DNA of 64,000 nucleotides from Camelus dromedarius (taxonomy: Eukaryota), in assembly GCF_036321535.1 (NCBI RefSeq), contig NC_087437.1:93994001-94058000 (forward strand), in the 5' to 3' direction. Below, in pieces: positions 1 through 13,273 of the stretch. The first letter of the stretch is position 1, and each line of letters starts with the position of its first letter. The notes under the pieces were generated by a model that was not told where the DNA came from, did no database searches, and worked only from the letters and a program-made list of their open reading frames with translations. The translations under genes were made by a program, and so were the position numbers.

Positions 1-740
1 CTCAGTGAGCATTTTTATGATCTTACTTTGAATTTTTTGTTTGGAATAATGCTAATCTCCCTTTCATTGAGTTCTTTTTCTGAAGCTTTTGTCTTGTTCT
101 TTTGTTTGAAAAATATTCCTTTGTTTCTTCATTTGCCCTAACTCTGTTTGTTTCTATGTATTCCCAGTCTTGAAAGAGGGGCTTTGTGTAGAAAGTGTTC
201 TTTAGGGCCCAGTAGCATGGTCCAGCTGGGTGCAAGGGCCAGGTGCTCCACATGTGTTCCTGGTGTGGGCTGCATGTGCCTTCCTGTTATGGCTTGACCA
301 TGATTGCTGCAGGTGTGTTGATGTGCTGGGTTGGCCCCCGGGGCAGCTGGCAGTAAGGCACAGCTTCAACTGTTGCAAGCACTACGGTGTATGGGACTGG
401 CCCCCAGGGTGGGGGCTGCTTTAGAGGCACTCCAGTACTACCCAAGGCTAGCCATCATGTCTTTTGGGGCAGGGGTAGCCCCTCTGGAGGAACACCAGGC
501 GGGTCAGGTCCCCATGTGAACCTGGGGCATAGTGAGCAGAACTAGTAAGTTAGATCGGGAAAGTTAGAATGGCACCTGCCAGTGCTGGACCGGCTAGGTA
601 GAAGGTGGGCCAGAAAAAACAAAGCAGAACAATCAAAAACTGACACCTGGCATCTCCTCTGTACCCAGAGAAAGTTCCAACAGATTCCTTCCTCTCAGAC
701 ACATGTCCTAAAATTGTCAATGAATCTAGTAGATATTTTT
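1..740 (-). mobile_element. Old L1 (L1M-type) 5' region/ORF1 start, antisense fragment
   Basis: T-rich start 'tttgtcttgttcttttgtttgaaaaatattcctttgtttcttcatt' followed by GC-richer 5'UTR-like sequence, as in antisense L1M 5' ends. Recognised by eye. Confidence 0.55.
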
Positions 741-874
741 GAAACTAGAACTCTTTACTTAGTTTTAATTAGTTGAGTTGGTTCCAAGTGTTTCTTCTCC
801 TTTGCTGGGACTGGACTATTATTCACTCGAAAACAGTTAGAAGCCTGGAATAAAAATAAATGAGACAGCTGTCT

Positions 875-1438
875 GGATATATGCCCAGGAGTGGGATTCC
901 TGGGTCATACGGTAAGTCTATTCCTAGTCTTTTGAGGAATCTCCATACTGTTTTCCACAGTGGCTGCACCAAACTGCATTCCCACCAGCAGTGTAGGAGT
1001 GTTCCCTTTTCTCCACAGCCTCTCCAGCATTTATCATTTGTGGACTTTTGAATGATGGCCATTCTGACTGGTGTGAGGTGATACCTCATTGTAGTTTTGA
1101 TTTGCATTTCTCTAATAATTAGTGATATTGAGCATTTTTTCATGTGCCTATTGATTATTTGTATTTCTTCCTTGGAAAATGGCTTGTTTAGGTCTTCTGC
1201 CCATTTTTGGATTGGGTTGTTTGTTTTTTTCTTATTAAGTTATATGAGCTCCTTATATATTCTGGGGATCAAGCCTTTGTCGTTTTCATCATTTGCAACA
1301 ATTTTCTCCCATTCCATAGGTTGTCATTTTGTTCTACACTGGAATTTGACACAACATTGTAAAATTACTGTAACTCAATAAAAAAAAGTTTAAAAAAATT
1401 AATCCTAAAAAAATTAAAAATAAAAAAAATTGTCAAAA
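875..1438. mobile_element. 5'-inverted L1 insertion: ORF2 C-terminus on minus strand (875-~1333) plus 3' end and A-tail on plus strand (~1334-1438)
   Basis: Minus ORF 823-1143 reads [28 protein letters not shown]...[10 protein letters not shown]...[15 protein letters not shown], the L1 ORF2 C-terminus. Then plus-strand 'gacacaacattgtaaa...ctcaataaaaaaaa' A-rich tail. TSD aaatgagacagctgtct (858-874) vs aaatgggacagctgtct (1439-1455). Confidence 0.9.
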
Positions 1439-2079
1439 AAATGGGACAGCTGTCTTTTGATATTGGACAGTAGGCAGCACAAGACTGCGAGCCCTAGGAA
1501 AACAAAAATAAAGCAGGTGACTTCTACAGCTGCCCAGTCTCTCTGCCTGAAAACACTTTCCAGATAATATTACAATGAGATGACACCCAGCTTTCACATT
1601 GCATTGAAAAGACAAATATCACAGTTCAAAACGGCGGATGTGTCTGGAGCACTTGCAGAGTTTGAGAAGAGAGTGCTGCATTGAGAAACAGCTCCAGAAA
1701 TGTGATGAAGCGTTCCTGGAGTTTGTAACTGACAACTAATCCATATACATGTGGCATGAAATTCCATGGGGCTGAGAAAAATCTAACTCTAGTAAAATGA
1801 AAAGTGCCCAACACTCACACAGGGTTAGGAGATGTTTGAGTAGTGACCAGTGTAATAGTGAGTCCTTGCTCAACCTGCTGTGTTTCCATGGAGAACCCCG
1901 TTGTGGTAATGTCATATTAGTGGGCTCTACTAGCAATACCGTAATGGGTAACGGAATTTAACCTTTTTTTATTTAAAAGTTAAAAATACGTGTCAGATCT
2001 GGATGATCTATGTATATCTGAGCTACCAGCCCAAAGACCTCTACTTTTTAAAGAAATTCAACAAATCCAGTATTTATCA

Positions 2080-3050
2080 ACATGAAATATATAGCAACCA
2101 GTTAAAACCCACTACATATGTAAAAGCAGTAAAATATAATCTATAAATAGTAGAACAATTAGTCCACAGAGAGAGACTAAAAAGACAGTAATAATAAAAT
2201 AGGCACGCAAGTACTTAAAACAGTTGTTATAACTACAATAAGTATTTTCACAAGGATTTAAAGAAAATCACAAACCTAAAGAGAGAAATGACAGAAATGG
2301 AAGATAAAAATTAGAATCAAATGAACATTTAGTGATGAAATGAAATTATGTGAAATACAAATTTTACTGGGTCATTTAAATAGGAGATAAGAAACTTTTA
2401 GAATATATTGATGAACTGGAATGCACCATGTTTGAAATGATAAACACACACATGGAAAGGCTCAGAAAATGAAGAGTCTCAGAAATCTATTAGGCAATAT
2501 GAAAAGATCTAAAATATATTTATCAAGTCCAAGAAATAAAAGTGTGGAAGAGGAAAGAGAAAGAAAATAAATGAAAATAATTCTGAGAATTGGACAAAAT
2601 GTGTAAAACCACTTTCCCAGGCATTGGACCAAGGCAGCACAGAATTGCAAATTCTGAGAAAACAGAACCAAATAAGGTGAGCTCTGTAATTGCTGAACTA
2701 ACTTCTCAGAAATAGTTAATCTGTAGTGCAAAGAGGGAGAACTCAAACAGAGCCGAGAGTCCACTGAATTGGGAGGATAGAGATAAAAATACAGGAGGTT
2801 GAAGTAGCTAGAATTAGCAGAGAGGGATTTCCCACAGAAGAGGGAACAAGGGAGAGCGAGAGATTTGCAGGGGGGTCTACTAGAATAGAATGTTTGGTTG
2901 AATATTGGCTGAGTACTGATCTATGTGTGCATGGTGTACTGTCAATGAAACCAGGAGAAAACTACTGAAAGGGAAAAAAAAAAATCACTAGAGCCTGTGA
3001 ATATTTCTTGTGTCTCCAGCCAGAATGGAAAGATTTATGTGATGACAATA
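2080..3050 (+). mobile_element. Old L1M ORF1/5' fragments
   Basis: Very A-rich, ORF1-like sequence ('gaaatggaagataaaaattagaatcaaatgaacattt', 'aatatgaaaagatctaaaatat'). Confidence 0.55.
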
Positions 3051-3339
3051 GTGTTAGAGAAAAATAGTTAGAAATATTTACTGATTAAAAAATATTGATA
3101 TATATTGAATAGCTAGATTGGAATAATAATGAGAAGGGGGAAAATAAAGAAATAAAGAATGGCACATCAAATAGGTTCAAGAAGCTAGTTAGATAATGTA
3201 TAAATATTCAGCAGATGTAATAGTTTTTGAAAGACCGTTGTGCATCAAGAACTCTATTTGGGTCACATATTTGAAATGCCTATTAGACATCCAGGAGATG
3301 TGATAAGTTAATAAGTTATCAAATGAGATTTGTCAAATA

Positions 3340-4880
3340 TTAATTAATGGACATCACTAGAGATCCTACAGATACGAAAAGGATAATGAGGAAAGATCAT
3401 TAAATTAAAATGAATTCCCTAAAGATATAAACATTAAAGCTCATTTATAAGGAATTATGTAATCTGAGTAGCTGTTTGTCTCTTAAAAATGGAAATCATA
3501 GCTCCTAAACCTTCTACAAGAAAACTCAGGTTCAAATGGCCTCCAAAAGTCATTCTACAAGTCATTTAAAGAGGAAATAACCTAATGTGCATAAAATATT
3601 CCACTAAATAGGAGAAGAAATATTACCTCCTACAGCATTTTTTGAGGCCAGCATTTACCTAATATCATCAGCAACAAAAGACATTACAAGAAAATTACTC
3701 AAAAATGTCCCCCAGAACAAGAAACAAAGCAAAACAAACAAAAACTGCTAAAGATCAATATGCCTCATGAACATAACTGCAAGGATCCGACAAAATTTTA
3801 GGCAATCAAATCCAGTAATATGCAGAACTGATAATACATCAGAACCAGGTAGAAATTATTCTGGTAAAACATTTGATTTTCATATTTGAAAAATTAATTT
3901 AACTTATCAGATTAAAATGGAATGAAACACATGATCATCTAGTTAGATGCAGGAAAAAAAAACATTTAACAAAATTCAATACCCATTTTTGATAACATAC
4001 TTTTTAAGAATACTGGGAATTAGAGAACTTCTTCAACTTAATGAGAATAATCAACATAAAACCTATCTCTAGCATCATAATTAATGGTGAAAGAACAAAT
4101 GAATTTATCCCTAAGTTGAAAAACCAATCAAGAAGGTTTACTCTTACCACTTCTGTTCAACATTGTGTTGACAGAGCTAGTTAATGCAATAAATCAGTAA
4201 AAACAAATAAATACAAAGCATATAGTTTAGAAGAAGTGAAAATGACTTTAATTACAGGTGAAATTATTGCATACACAGAAAATACTTTAAAAGTGACAGA
4301 AAAGCTACCAGAACTAATAAGTAAACATGGCAAATGACAAGGGTCAACACAGAAAAAATAAATTGAATTTCCACATAACTAGTAATGGAAAATATGGCTC
4401 AAATATGCAATATAAATGGAATCCCAAAATGAAATATAACAAATATATTAAATAAAATGTGTGGAAGCTTTTGCCCTTGAAAATGTCACATTATGAGTGA
4501 GAAAATTATAGAAACCTAAATAAATTTTAAAAAATACTGTATTCATAGATAAGAAAAAAAGCAATATTGCTAAGATTCCAATTCTGCTCAAATCGATTTG
4601 TACACTCTATGAAATCCAAATAGAAATCCCAGGAGTCTTTTTAAAAAGTTTTTTGATGTGTAAAAATTGCAAAACTAAAATACAAAAGAAGTAAAAAGGC
4701 AATACTGAATGAGAAGTGCACATTTGGAGGGTTTTACTCCATGCCATCAGGACATTATAAAGCTAATGTAATAAAGACAGTGTGGTATTAGCACAAGGAT
4801 AATCAAATGGTTAATTTAAGAAAAAGAAACAGCTAGTAATTAATACAGATGAATTTAGAACTAAAGCCTTTGATTCAATA
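3340..4880 (+). mobile_element. Old L1M ORF2 (RT region to C-terminal part), degenerate
   Basis: Collinear L1 ORF2 landmarks: 'gacatcactagagatcctacaga', 'tttgaggccagcatt', 'cacatgatcatct..gatgcaggaaaa..atttaacaaaattcaatacccatt', 'aagacagtgtggtattagcacaagga'. Confidence 0.8.
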
Positions 4881-6759
4881 CAAGCCTGTAGACACAGAAG
4901 GACATGCAGACAGGTGCTCAGAAAAGTCCCTCCTATAAAACAAATGAAGAAAGAAGCAGTTCTCTCTTTCTTCCCCCTCCTCCTACTCACTCTCTTTTTA
5001 ATACACAGATAACACTTCTGTATAACATCTGTTTGATGTATGCACACTTTGCTAAAATTAAGTCATTAGGGAGAATATTTTTTAAAATTTTAAGTTCTTT
5101 TCTATAGTAGAAATATTTTTAAAAATTAAAAAAAATCACCAGATGGTTTCTGAGTTGATGAAGGAGGGACATAATTTGTAACTGTCTTATTTTTATATAC
5201 TCATTGATATATAATGTGTTACTATATGATACAATATAATAGTCATTGTTATTTTCCTCCAAAGTATTTTGTAATTAATATAAAGTAGTTATAATAACAT
5301 TTATACAGTTTTTAAATTATAATAAAACTTAAACTTAAAATTGCTCTCGTATCTTTTAAGATTTATTTGAGTTAGAAAAGTCACAAAGAACCCTGCACTT
5401 GTGGAGAGTTATCTAACAATTATAAACCTAAAAGGAATTGATCCATTTATTTTTAAATAAATCGTTAATATATATAATCAGAATCTTTACCAAATAAAAT
5501 AACAAGAGTTTGCCTTTTAAATCTCTACATATCTTACACACTCAGGTATTTCTTTCCCATCAAATATCCCTTGTCCATTTGTGCTTTTTTTGTGTGTGTG
5601 TGGTCTTTTGTAATACCCTTGACTTTCATTTTTAATATATTCTAATAAAAGAGATTATTATAACCTACAAACCTGTAAACCCACCAAAACTGTATGACAC
5701 CATTATATTGAGATTCTAGGTGGCTAATTATTCTGAGGAAAAAAAAAATAACATACAGAGGCCCAAGGAATCAGTCATGTCATAAACTGCATCAACGTGA
5801 TACTGAAGAGCTTTATTCAGCAGTGATGGTATATTCCTGAGACGGTGCTAGAAAGAGCAGTGCTCCTCACAGCCCTGGTGCTGGGCAGAGAACGGTGGTC
5901 AGACAATGAAAGAGCAAGGTTTTCACAACTTTGCAAGTTGACATCACTAATCTAGAGTAACATGAATCATAGGGAGACTCGCTTTCAATGAACCTGACCA
6001 GTGAAATAAGAGGAAAAGTGCCATAAAAGAGGAAAGCGTCATGGGGGATCTTGAATTCATCTCAACACCGATATCATAGAATGACTGCTTGACACGGAAT
6101 TTTGAGACTACTTGTATACATTGCAAGATAACTGAGATTTATTTAGTTGACCTATACTTGAATATTAAGTAACATGAAGTACAATACAAAACACTTCTTT
6201 ATAGTCCCCTGTAATTACCCTCTATCAGCAAAGGCTGTCTAACCTCTAATCTGTGTTTCATGAATAACATTAGCTCCTCCCCACTGGACTCTGTAATCTG
6301 AAGCCGATCTCAACCATCTCTCTTCTCCAGGATGGTGGTGACCCAGCATTCAGACTCAACATTTGTCTCTTGCTTTCATGGATTTCATCATAGTTGACTG
6401 TTCTATGTTCTTTTTGTAAGGACTAATACATTTATTTATTTATTGTTTGATTTTGTAATTGTTAATTCCAAGTTTAAGCTCCTTGAATTGAACAATTAAA
6501 AAATGACTACAAGTTTTGTAAAGGATAGATATACATAAATAAAACCATCTTTGTGTGTGCAATACATATGCAAGACAGTTAATTTTTAAAATGTGTCCTA
6601 CATCTGTGTGCATCAGTACATATGTGATAAAATTTTACAAAAGCACAATGCACTTTTGCCAAAGTAGGTAAAATATACACTCTACATAATTATTATCATT
6701 GAATACTGTCAAAGATAATTTACAGTATTGTCTCTATTAAGTTTCATATGAAAAATAAA

Positions 6760-7000
6760 ATATTTTCTTGGAATTTACCCTGCAGAAAACTATATAGATG
6801 TAAGCAAAAAATGTATGTGTAAAGATACTATTACATAATTAGTAATAGGATAATTAGAAACAACCTAATTTTGCATCTATAGGGAATTAGCTACATCAAT
6901 AATGATATGTTAACTGTAAAATATTATGCAGATATTTAAAAAGTAGATATGTTCATATAAGAAACATGAGCATCTCTTTATATTAAGGGAAAGAATCAAG
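6760..7000 (+). mobile_element. L1ME-type 3' fragment
   Basis: 'ttcttggaatttaccct...attagaaacaacctaat..catctatagggaattag' matches the L1 ORF2-end/3'UTR pattern. Confidence 0.55.
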
Positions 7001-7894
7001 AAGGAAAGATTATTCATTTTTCTAAAAACATATGGTTTGGAATTTTCTACTAATTAACCTGGTTACATTTAAAAGTCTTATAGGCAACATGCATGATTTT
7101 TAAAATTCAGTTGCTATACAAAAAAGATATAAAATAATTTTTAAATCTTTTTAGATTAAATCTTTTAATCTAATAAAAAATACAAAGAGTTAAATATATC
7201 CAAAGGACCTTCGGCTCTATGGTTTTCAGTTTTTAACAATATATTTTAATATCCTAGTTTCTATAACAAGAAAACTCATTTATCTTAATAAAAACACTAG
7301 TAATGTGGATTTAACTACAATAAATGCAGGGAGGGGCATGAAAGAAATATACAGATAAAACACCATTAAGTTTAACAATTGCACTTCAAATAGAAGTATT
7401 ATTATTAGTTTATATAACTTATCTTTTTTGCTATTTTATTTTAATAAATCTTAATATCATAGCAACAATTCAATTCAGCCAGAAACATGATCAAGTAAAT
7501 ATTAATTAATACATTTACAGGTAATTTATTTACTGAATCACCAAATATTTTAGAATTTTATAAAGTGCTCTGAAAATAAGTGAAATATATGGAATATGTA
7601 CTCTGTGGTTATAGTTATTATTTACATTTGCATCATCATTCTGGAAAGAACAGAAACAAAGAAAAAGGAAACAAATTTACAGTCAGATATGAGTCTGCTT
7701 TCAAAACATCAAATTCTTTATAATTTTCATCTTATTTAATGGAAACCTGTCCTTGTTACCATGGTAATATGAATATGAACTTAGAGTTTGCATAGTTTAT
7801 AATCCAACAAAGTGTTCATAACTGCTGTCACAATCTAAACAGGAGACAATTGTGTTTATAGATACTTTAGTTTCCAAGACAACATGATATCCAC

Positions 7895-8074
7895 TCATGA
7901 GACTCTATCGAAATCAACAAACTTGCAATTGGTGTTCATCCCCTGTGTTAGCCAAACGCTGTTGGATTCTCAATATAAATGCTAATGGAAGGAAGGTGGG
8001 TGGCTCTCCACTTCCATGTTTCAAAATTACACATCTAAGCCCCAGATTGCTTTCGCATCCCCTGAATGAAAGTT
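7895..8074 (-). pseudogene. Putative terminal coding exon (last WD40-like blade)
   Basis: Acceptor 'ttgtatttatacag|AAC'. Frame-shifted pieces MCNFETWKW / QRLANTGDEHQLQV / FVDFDRVS* resemble a WD end. Candidate minus-strand AATAAA at 7525-7530. Confidence 0.5.
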
Positions 8075-8583
8075 CTGTATAAATACAATATTACATTATT
8101 ATTTACACCATACACAAGTTATGACTTGATTTTTAGTGCCAAAATTATTTCTAAATGTTTATAAAAAGAAAGAAATGTTTTTCTCTATCCCTAATTTACT
8201 TAGGGGTCCTGTACAAAGTAAGGTTTTGGAAACAATTCTTTCAATAAATTTATACCAAAGATTTTAACAGATATTTATTCTGTGTTTCCAGATTAGATAT
8301 TGTAAAATGACATCTCCTGTCATTTCTATGTTCAATTATTCTGTTTAGCAAAGTTCAGCCCACATATTAAGTAGATATTGAAAATCTTTCAATAAAATAG
8401 GCAGAGTAAATGGCATGCTAGTTATCTTTAAAAAAATCTCCTAATTTGCCTTAAAAACTTCACAAAATTAGAGACTTTTCATTTTTTTTTAAGCTTTAAC
8501 TTGCTTGTTTACTTTGTTAAAGGTCTTTGTTGGGTTATTTTCACACCAGCAACATATGTCATTTTCATAATTACAATTCTTAC

Positions 8584-8738
8584 CAGGGTACTGGTTTAGT
8601 AAACAAAATACACAGCTGTAGCCTTTACAAAACACTGTTTTCTGTTCTTTGTTGAATTTGCGTTAAAAGTCCTTGATGTGCTGATCAAAAGCTACAACAT
8701 TTGTATGAATGAAAAGTCTCTACATACTTGCCAGAAAT
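8584..8738 (-). pseudogene. Internal exon (155 nt), WD40-like
   Basis: Acceptor 'ttattttaaattttag|ATT', donor 'CTG|gtaaga'. Encodes FWQVCRDFSFIQML and, after a frameshift, SAHQGLLTQIQ (W-x end followed by the xH start of the next repeat). Confidence 0.65.
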
Positions 8739-10469
8739 CTAAAATTTAAAATAATAAATATAAGAAAACTTTTCAGAATTTGTGACAATTTTCTACTAAT
8801 TACATGTATATTAATATGGTAAAAAATACGCTCACTAAGAAAGAAGCTATATGGAGGATACAGCCCTCATGTATTTTCAGAAAATAAGATTCATAGGATT
8901 TGTGTAAGGCAGGTAAACATTGGCTTTATTGAATGGGTTCAAATTTGGGAAAAGGCTGGATCCATTTTCTGTTATTTCTTCCTTCATCAGTACTCAACAA
9001 ACAAGTTAAATAAGGGTCTGAATTTCAACCCAGGAATAGCTACAGAATTACAAAAATAGAATTGTGGGAAGAGTAGGTAAATAGTTCCAACATCTATAAA
9101 TGCAGAGGTTATTCACTCTATTGCAAATTAACTATGAGACGTAGACAATTCCAATCCAAATACAAATGGCAGTGGACTATTTGCTGAAGGGAGCAATGAG
9201 AGACGATGATCAAAATCATGTCAATAACCTGACTTATTTGCAAAAAGTTTATTTCTCAGAATCACAATAAATTATTGTCATCTGAGTATCTGCTAGCAGA
9301 TTAGTTACTAACTCAGATTTGGAATTGTTACCCACAGTGAAGGAACAGTTACTTACAATGCAGAGAGAATAGCCATTTCTTGTTGGCATGTAGAGCTTGT
9401 GCTTAACATGTTGAATGAATGAATAATTGATTCTACAGTATGAAACTATGGACTTTGTTGACAAAGATAACCTTAATGTCAATAGAGGGTCAATAATTTT
9501 TATCTCTATTTATCTTACTAGGTCTTCACAACTTTTTTCAGGATAGGGTAAAATTAAACTCTTAAGTGCCTTGATTAAAATAATCTTCAAATCTATTCAT
9601 TGCATTTGGTGAATGGCAACATGAAATTCAAATATAATTGATTTCTTACTAAAATATGTCAAGAAACATCTATTTCTAATTTCTAGGAAAAGGATAAAGG
9701 CCTGCTAGAGTACTGAAATATAAACCATTGTCTGAATTCTTGAGAAATTTCACTAAAAATTGTGAAGATGGAACTAAATTGAGTAGAGCACTTAATCTGT
9801 AATACAATCTACAGTACAGGATAGCAATCTAGAGCACAAGAGAAGATAGAATGATGATGTATCCATTCCCCATTAGCTAACTTCTCAGTTGGAGATTTTC
9901 TGTCTCTATCAACCAGAAAACCAGGCAGACGTCCTTCTATTTCATGTATGAGGAGATTTATCTGCTTCCTATTGTCATTTGGTAAGCCTAAGTTTGGAGA
10001 ATACAGTGTAAGTGTTTTCTTTGTATCTTTATGATTTTTAATTCTGTGAACTTACTATGTACAAAGAAAAAGAGAGATTATACTATCTTGATGACACTTG
10101 AAGATCTTCCAAGAATTGCTTTTAGGAAGATTTTGACTGAAAACTAATTTTGTGGCCCAGAATCAATTTTAGTCTTAAAAGTAATGTATTGTTTTCCAGG
10201 ATATGCATCTGAAATAAAACCTATCTACCTGTAGCTTTAAAGGAAAATAATTACTTACATCTTCTTTTAAAAGAAATCCACAAAGGATGTTTCCTTATTA
10301 TGTTACTTATTGACAATAAGTTTGAATACATTCCCATGTAAAAACTCTCTTGCAAAAATGACTGTTTTGAAAATATAAGGAGTGAAAAACACTGTATCCA
10401 TATTTCATTCAGTAGAATTTAAGATATTTATGGAAAGAAATCTTGTGTCATGGATTTAATGAACAAAAA

Positions 10470-10610
10470 TGACCTTTGGAAATCCTATAGCCAACATTCC
10501 ATCGTTAACTACAAGAAAACTAAGATCCAGTGAAGATTAGTGACTAGCCCACATTCAAATAGCCTGTTAGTCTAAAAGCTAGAGTGATACAAAATTCAAA
10601 GATTTATTCA
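10470..10610 (-). mobile_element. MIR SINE fragment
   Basis: 'gaaaactaagatccagtgaagattagtgactagcccacatt..atagcctgttagt' is the antisense MIR core pattern. Confidence 0.5.
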
Positions 10611-10919
10611 TACTTTTCTTGTGCAAACGTGCTCAGAATGTTATGAAATAAATTATTATTTGTTATAAAGGGAAATCTTAAAACACAGTCTGTTCTTTGT
10701 AAGTTTAGCGTTAGGTGATCTGCCATAGAAATTTCTAAGTACTTGTGCCAAGACAAAGATCAAAGACAGATATTGTTGTCTAAATAAAGATCTTCCTGTG
10801 GTGACAATATCATCTCAGGAGCACACTGGTGTTATTTTATCACATTACATCCAAAGATCCGCAAAAAGAAAAATGGACCTTAATTTGGTATCATATCATA
10901 TGGCACAAAAAATCCTTAC

Positions 10920-11100
10920 CTGTTAAAATACACTATATAAGAATGAAGAGTACTATACTTGCCTGATACCAGTGTTAACCTTTTTTTTTTTTTTCTGTTT
11001 TGATTTTCCTGCAGTATTATAGTTTCGAGTGTGTTTGAAAAATCATTGAAGGAACCTCAGTTTATTTGTTTGAGAAACAATATAGATTAATGCCACACAG
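10920..11100 (-). pseudogene. Internal exon (181 nt, includes an A14 tract), WD40-like
   Basis: Acceptor 'ttgtatatttag|CTG', donor 'CAG|gtaagg'. Pieces: (A)VWH, IFQTHSKL*YCRKIK, LTLVSGKY. Confidence 0.6.
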
Positions 11101-11467
11101 CTAAATATACAATGTTCGAATTTTTCTGCCACTGGGACTTGTTAAGAGGTTGATGTAAAACTTTTTTTTTCTTTTTCCACTATTTTGAATCTGTGTTAAA
11201 ATTGTGAGACAAATTAAGACTCTTTTTGAAAAGACAGAACTGACCAGGATTTGAGATTTTTCTAAATCTGGAGTGAAACTAAAATTTGAACCTCCTCTCC
11301 TGCGCTAAGTTGACAATCAGAAGTTCGTGGCTGAACTATAATCTAAGACTATGACATCTGACTGCACCCGAGATATTGCCATTGATTGGAATTGTTCTCA
11401 GCTGGGCATTTAATTCTCTAAGGCATTCGGGGACACCCACTAGGTCAACTCATTTATCTGTTCTTAC

Positions 11468-11560
11468 CGTAAGACAAGTCCTATTAAGAAATCATATATC
11501 TGCCTTTGTTTCATCAGTCAAGACATAATGAAATTTACCAGACCTTTGAGTGAAAGTTCC
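11468..11560 (-). pseudogene. Internal exon (93 nt), WD40-like
   Basis: Acceptor 'ttttataactttag|GGA', donor 'ACG|gtaaga'. One frame gives ISLCLD**NKGRYMIS**DLSY and splices in phase to AVWH in the next exon. Confidence 0.65.
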
Positions 11561-11970
11561 CTAAAGTTATAAAAGCTAGAAATAAGCTAAGATCTATGAC
11601 TAAAGAAATCATTGAAATGCAATTTTCTTCCTTGAAAAATTCTACATTTTGGATGAGTGGTGCAGTTTCTGAAAATAAGTTTAGTGTCTGCTTTTTTTTT
11701 TAAAAGTCATTTGCTTTTATACTATCAAATAAATAGTTCTAACTAGCAAAATAACTTCTGTGACTAGGCAGGAAAATGTGCTTGCTGACAATACCTTGCA
11801 ATCTTTCATAGACATCATGCTAAACTTCTATGAGCATAAGTTTGAACATTCTGTTAGTAATATAACAAATGAGAATTTATGTCATAGTTTGAAGGCCCTG
11901 GTTTAAATTTGTTGAATGTTAGCAAGAGAAAAGTTAGGTTCTTTATATGGCAGGAAATGAGTTACTTTAC

Positions 11971-12307
11971 CCAGTCTAACATTACAAGATGAGAACAGGA
12001 TAAAAATGTGCCTTCTGGAACAAGGCCAGTGCAGTGATTTTAAAATTCCCCAAGATTTTGTTTCTCCAAACGCATTCTTTGCTGAGCTGTCATCAAAAAA
12101 TCTGCTCTGCTTAGTGGCATAAACTTTTAACTCTGGGTTAACGCTTAACTTCTCCAAGTTACAAACAAAATGAGGTCATTGCAATGAAGACTGCTGTTAA
12201 ACAGAGATGTTTCCCGTTGTGAAAGAGAATTGGAGTTAGTGGTAATAGGTCTTTGATATAATAACCAACAATCCTAGATTAATTTATCCCACAAATCAGT
12301 TGATCCC
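11971..12307 (-). pseudogene. Large internal exon with about 3 WD40-like repeats
   Basis: Strong acceptor (long T tract, 'aacag|GGG'); donor 'TGG|gtaaag' (alternative at 11966). A single frame reads GDQLICGIN*SRIVGYYIKDLLPLTPILFHNGKHLCL...VKSLCH*AEQIF...KITALALFQKAHFYPVLIL. Confidence 0.7.
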
Positions 12308-13273
12308 CTGTTAAAAAAAAAAAAAAAGAGAAAAAATCCTTAAGAGAATGGAAGGCAGCAGAACAGCAGTTACTTCTTTGGACATCAAGAGGGACACATT
12401 TAGGTGGAGGAATAATTGTACGTGGTTTCAAAAGGAAAACACTGATCACATGCACGTGTTAGTGCCAGAGAGATGAAGACAGACGGGAAGTATATGAAAG
12501 TGGGCAACCATGTTCGTTACACCTTTTAATTCTCTTAAGGATGCTCTGAAGTCAAAAGATTTGCAAATTACAAATATCCACGTACACTTCACATTCTAAG
12601 TTAGACTCTTCAGTATTTTTCTTAGGATTTAATATCACAAAACTACAGAAAATAGACAAACTTTCAGATATGGTCTATTTTTTCCAATATTTCTGAACTG
12701 GCTTACTTGAAAAATGAGTTTATTGATCCCAGATATAAGCAAACCTATATTTTGGTTTACTTGTTTTAAGAAATAAAAGGTGCTGTCTTGAGGTGAAGAG
12801 ATTTATAGTAACATGTTATTAGCTTTTTTTTTTTTTTTTTTTTTTTAGTTTTACTATGTGCTTTTTTCCGTTAACTTTTGGATGCATTTAAGATTACAAC
12901 CTTGCCTATAAATCAGTCAAGTAGTATTTATTGACTGCTTGCTCTTTGGTTGCAAGCTTAATCATTCAGCTCCACATTCAATCATATCTATAATTTATCA
13001 TCACATCTAATATTCCATGTCCGTATGAGAAAATGCTAGGCCTATTTCTTGATAGATTTTCATTTTGAATCCCACGAGCAGTAGTACTAAAATTATGATA
13101 TACTTGCAAATATATTAAAATGTGATTTTAAAATTCTCTATGATTTCTTTTTAATTTTCTTCTTGAAAAGTTTCATGAAATAGTCTCATTTAGGATTCAT
13201 TTTCTGATTAATGTGAAGTCTAACGTTCATAAAAAGAGTGATCTCAGGAAACTAGTAAATTAAAAATACTCAC

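Noticed and set aside
1625..1684. FKTADVSGALAEFEKRVLH* as a plus-strand exon
   Set aside because: No pyrimidine tract, no partner exons, and too short.
7151..7173. 10-bp AT-rich hairpin ttagattaaa/tttaatctaa
   Set aside because: Low complexity, with no other structure.
7897..8082. 61-aa plus-strand ORF
   Set aside because: Antisense to the putative terminal exon, with no recognisable similarity.
10914..10945. Minus-strand 'ttttaacag|gtaagg' as a recursive splice site
   Set aside because: Better explained as the donor of exon 11100-10920, whose translation has WD-like motifs.
8584..12050. Alternative spliced reading (GTFLSCSHLVMLDW...IYDFLIGL) as a KDZ/Zisupton transposase-like protein
   Set aside because: Only a loose CxH resemblance; the WD40 reading explains far more exons in the right order.
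11903..12157. 84-aa minus ORF as a standalone small gene
   Set aside because: Starts at a non-ATG codon and is an alternative frame of the pseudo-exon; no independent support.
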